From: a virus
Reading direction: 5' to 3' (one strand)
DNA: 64,000 nt
IMG/VR virus record: IMGVR_UViG_3300037222_000100
Location: 64,001-128,000 of that record
Part shown: in pieces, positions 63,190 through 64,000 of the stretch
Layout of the letters: each line of letters starts with the position of its first letter
Numbering within the stretch: position 1 is the first letter of the stretch
Position numbers and translations under genes: made by a program
Notes under the pieces: model-generated
Database searches by the model: none
The model's input: only the letters and a program-made list of their open reading frames with translations
What the model was told of the DNA's origin: nothing

Positions 63190-64000
63190 ATGGCCTTTCC
63201 TACAGTATCTCTGCTCGACAGCTTCAAACGAGCCGCAGAATCTCCACTCGGTCTAAACGAACCGTGGAAAACCGATTGGAAACTCATCAATGGCTGTACG
63301 GCCACAGGTGAAATCAAAGCGGGGGAACTCTACACAGCCAAAACGGCGTTTGCAACAGGTGAAGATGGTGCCTATTGGACCCTCGCTGAATTCACCAATC
63401 CTGGCGTCGCATGCGAAGTTCGAGCACTCACGACCGCCGAACGCCGTCTCGATCTCTGGGCCTGCCTAAGTAAACCAACCGAAGCAACGAAGAGTGGATA
63501 TCGGCTCTCGGTAATCGCTGAAGCGACCGCAGGTAAATACACCTTCAAGCTAGAGAAGTGCGTCACGGGTACCTTCTCGACTCTCGTTGAAACGACGGCC
63601 ATTGCAGTCGCCGTTGGTGACCGGATTGGCATCTCTGTACAGGCGGGCAAAGTCATTGCGTGGAAGAAAGTCGGAGCCGGAGCCTGGGAAGAAGTCAACT
63701 CCAAAGCGGATGCGGCATTCACCAAAGGTTTCGTTGGGATCATCTCTAAGGGAACGGGCCTGGCGGAGGCTCGCAACTTCGAAGCCGGTCCTAGCACAGT
63801 CATAGTGCAAAAACTCACAGCCAAACTAGAACCGGCTATTCCATCGTTCTCGAAACTCCTCAAGGCCATCAAGAATCTGCGTGCCGTCTTGGGCGACACT
63901 ATCGAATACGGAGCCGCGCTTGGCATGGACATGCTCGGTGCCCTTCAGTTGGGTGGCCTAGCAACGGAGAACTCGACCCTCACTGCACAGCTTCCTCGTC
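63190..64000 (+). CDS. Partial tail/lectin-like beta-sandwich protein (runs off the right edge)
   Basis: GAGGTAATAGGTGCG-ATG start; MAFPTVSLLDSFKRAAESPL... is open to the window end. Not in the ORF track. Confidence 0.7.
   Translation, partial: MAFPTVSLLDSFKRAAESPLGLNEPWKTDWKLINGCTATGEIKAGELYTAKTAFATGEDGAYWTLAEFTNPGVACEVRALTTAERRLDLWACLSKPTEATKSGYRLSVIAEATAGKYTFKLEKCVTGTFSTLVETTAIAVAVGDRIGISVQAGKVIAWKKVGAGAWEEVNSKADAAFTKGFVGIISKGTGLAEARNFEAGPSTVIVQKLTAKLEPAIPSFSKLLKAIKNLRAVLGDTIEYGAALGMDMLGALQLGGLATENSTLTAQLPR

Noticed and set aside
1-64000. CRISPR array, tRNA or rRNA genes
   Set aside because: No regularly spaced direct repeats or cloverleaf-like sequences were seen by eye, and intergenic gaps are very short. 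tRNAscan/CRISPR tools were not run.
1-64000. Numerous 60-230 aa antisense or alternate-frame ORFs in the track
   Set aside because: They are shadow ORFs expected in GC-rich DNA, overlap well-supported genes, and are R/S-rich without motifs.
1-64000. Stop-codon reassignment
   Set aside because: Long genes are uninterrupted in the standard code, and TAA, TAG and TGA all terminate genes.

Overview
This is a 64 kb, gene-dense, GC-rich segment of a large contractile-tailed (myovirus-type) phage, probably infecting an actinobacterium (Solirubrobacterales suggested by one gene). The minus strand carries most of the virion module: baseplate, hub/lysin, tape measure, a tail chaperone with a -1 frameshift, tube, sheath, neck, major capsid, decoration protein, prohead protease-scaffold, very large putative internal-head proteins and an M15 endolysin. 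Tail-fibre-like genes begin on the plus strand at the right end. Plus-strand islands of small accessory genes are interleaved with this module. They include a metallophosphoesterase, an FmdB zinc ribbon, a papain protease, a nicotinamidase-like protein, dCTP deaminase, a MazG-like protein, a matrixin and a cupin. Eight free-standing homing endonucleases are present (5 HNH, 3 LAGLIDADG). Terminase and portal were not recognised in the window. The most notable observations are: (i) about 20 mostly structural genes start with a TAAY-N5/N7-ATG motif, distinct from the TANNNT-N6-7-ATG sigma-A-type starts of the accessory genes, suggesting two parallel leaderless expression programmes; (ii) a set of head-associated proteins is punctuated by [K/R/H]-x-A motifs at domain borders, suggesting protease-released cargo, including a 1559-aa multi-zinc-ribbon protein and an 830-aa protein joining a zincin-like domain to an Ogg-like HhH DNA glycosylase. 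All product calls come from motif recognition and synteny only; no database searches were run.
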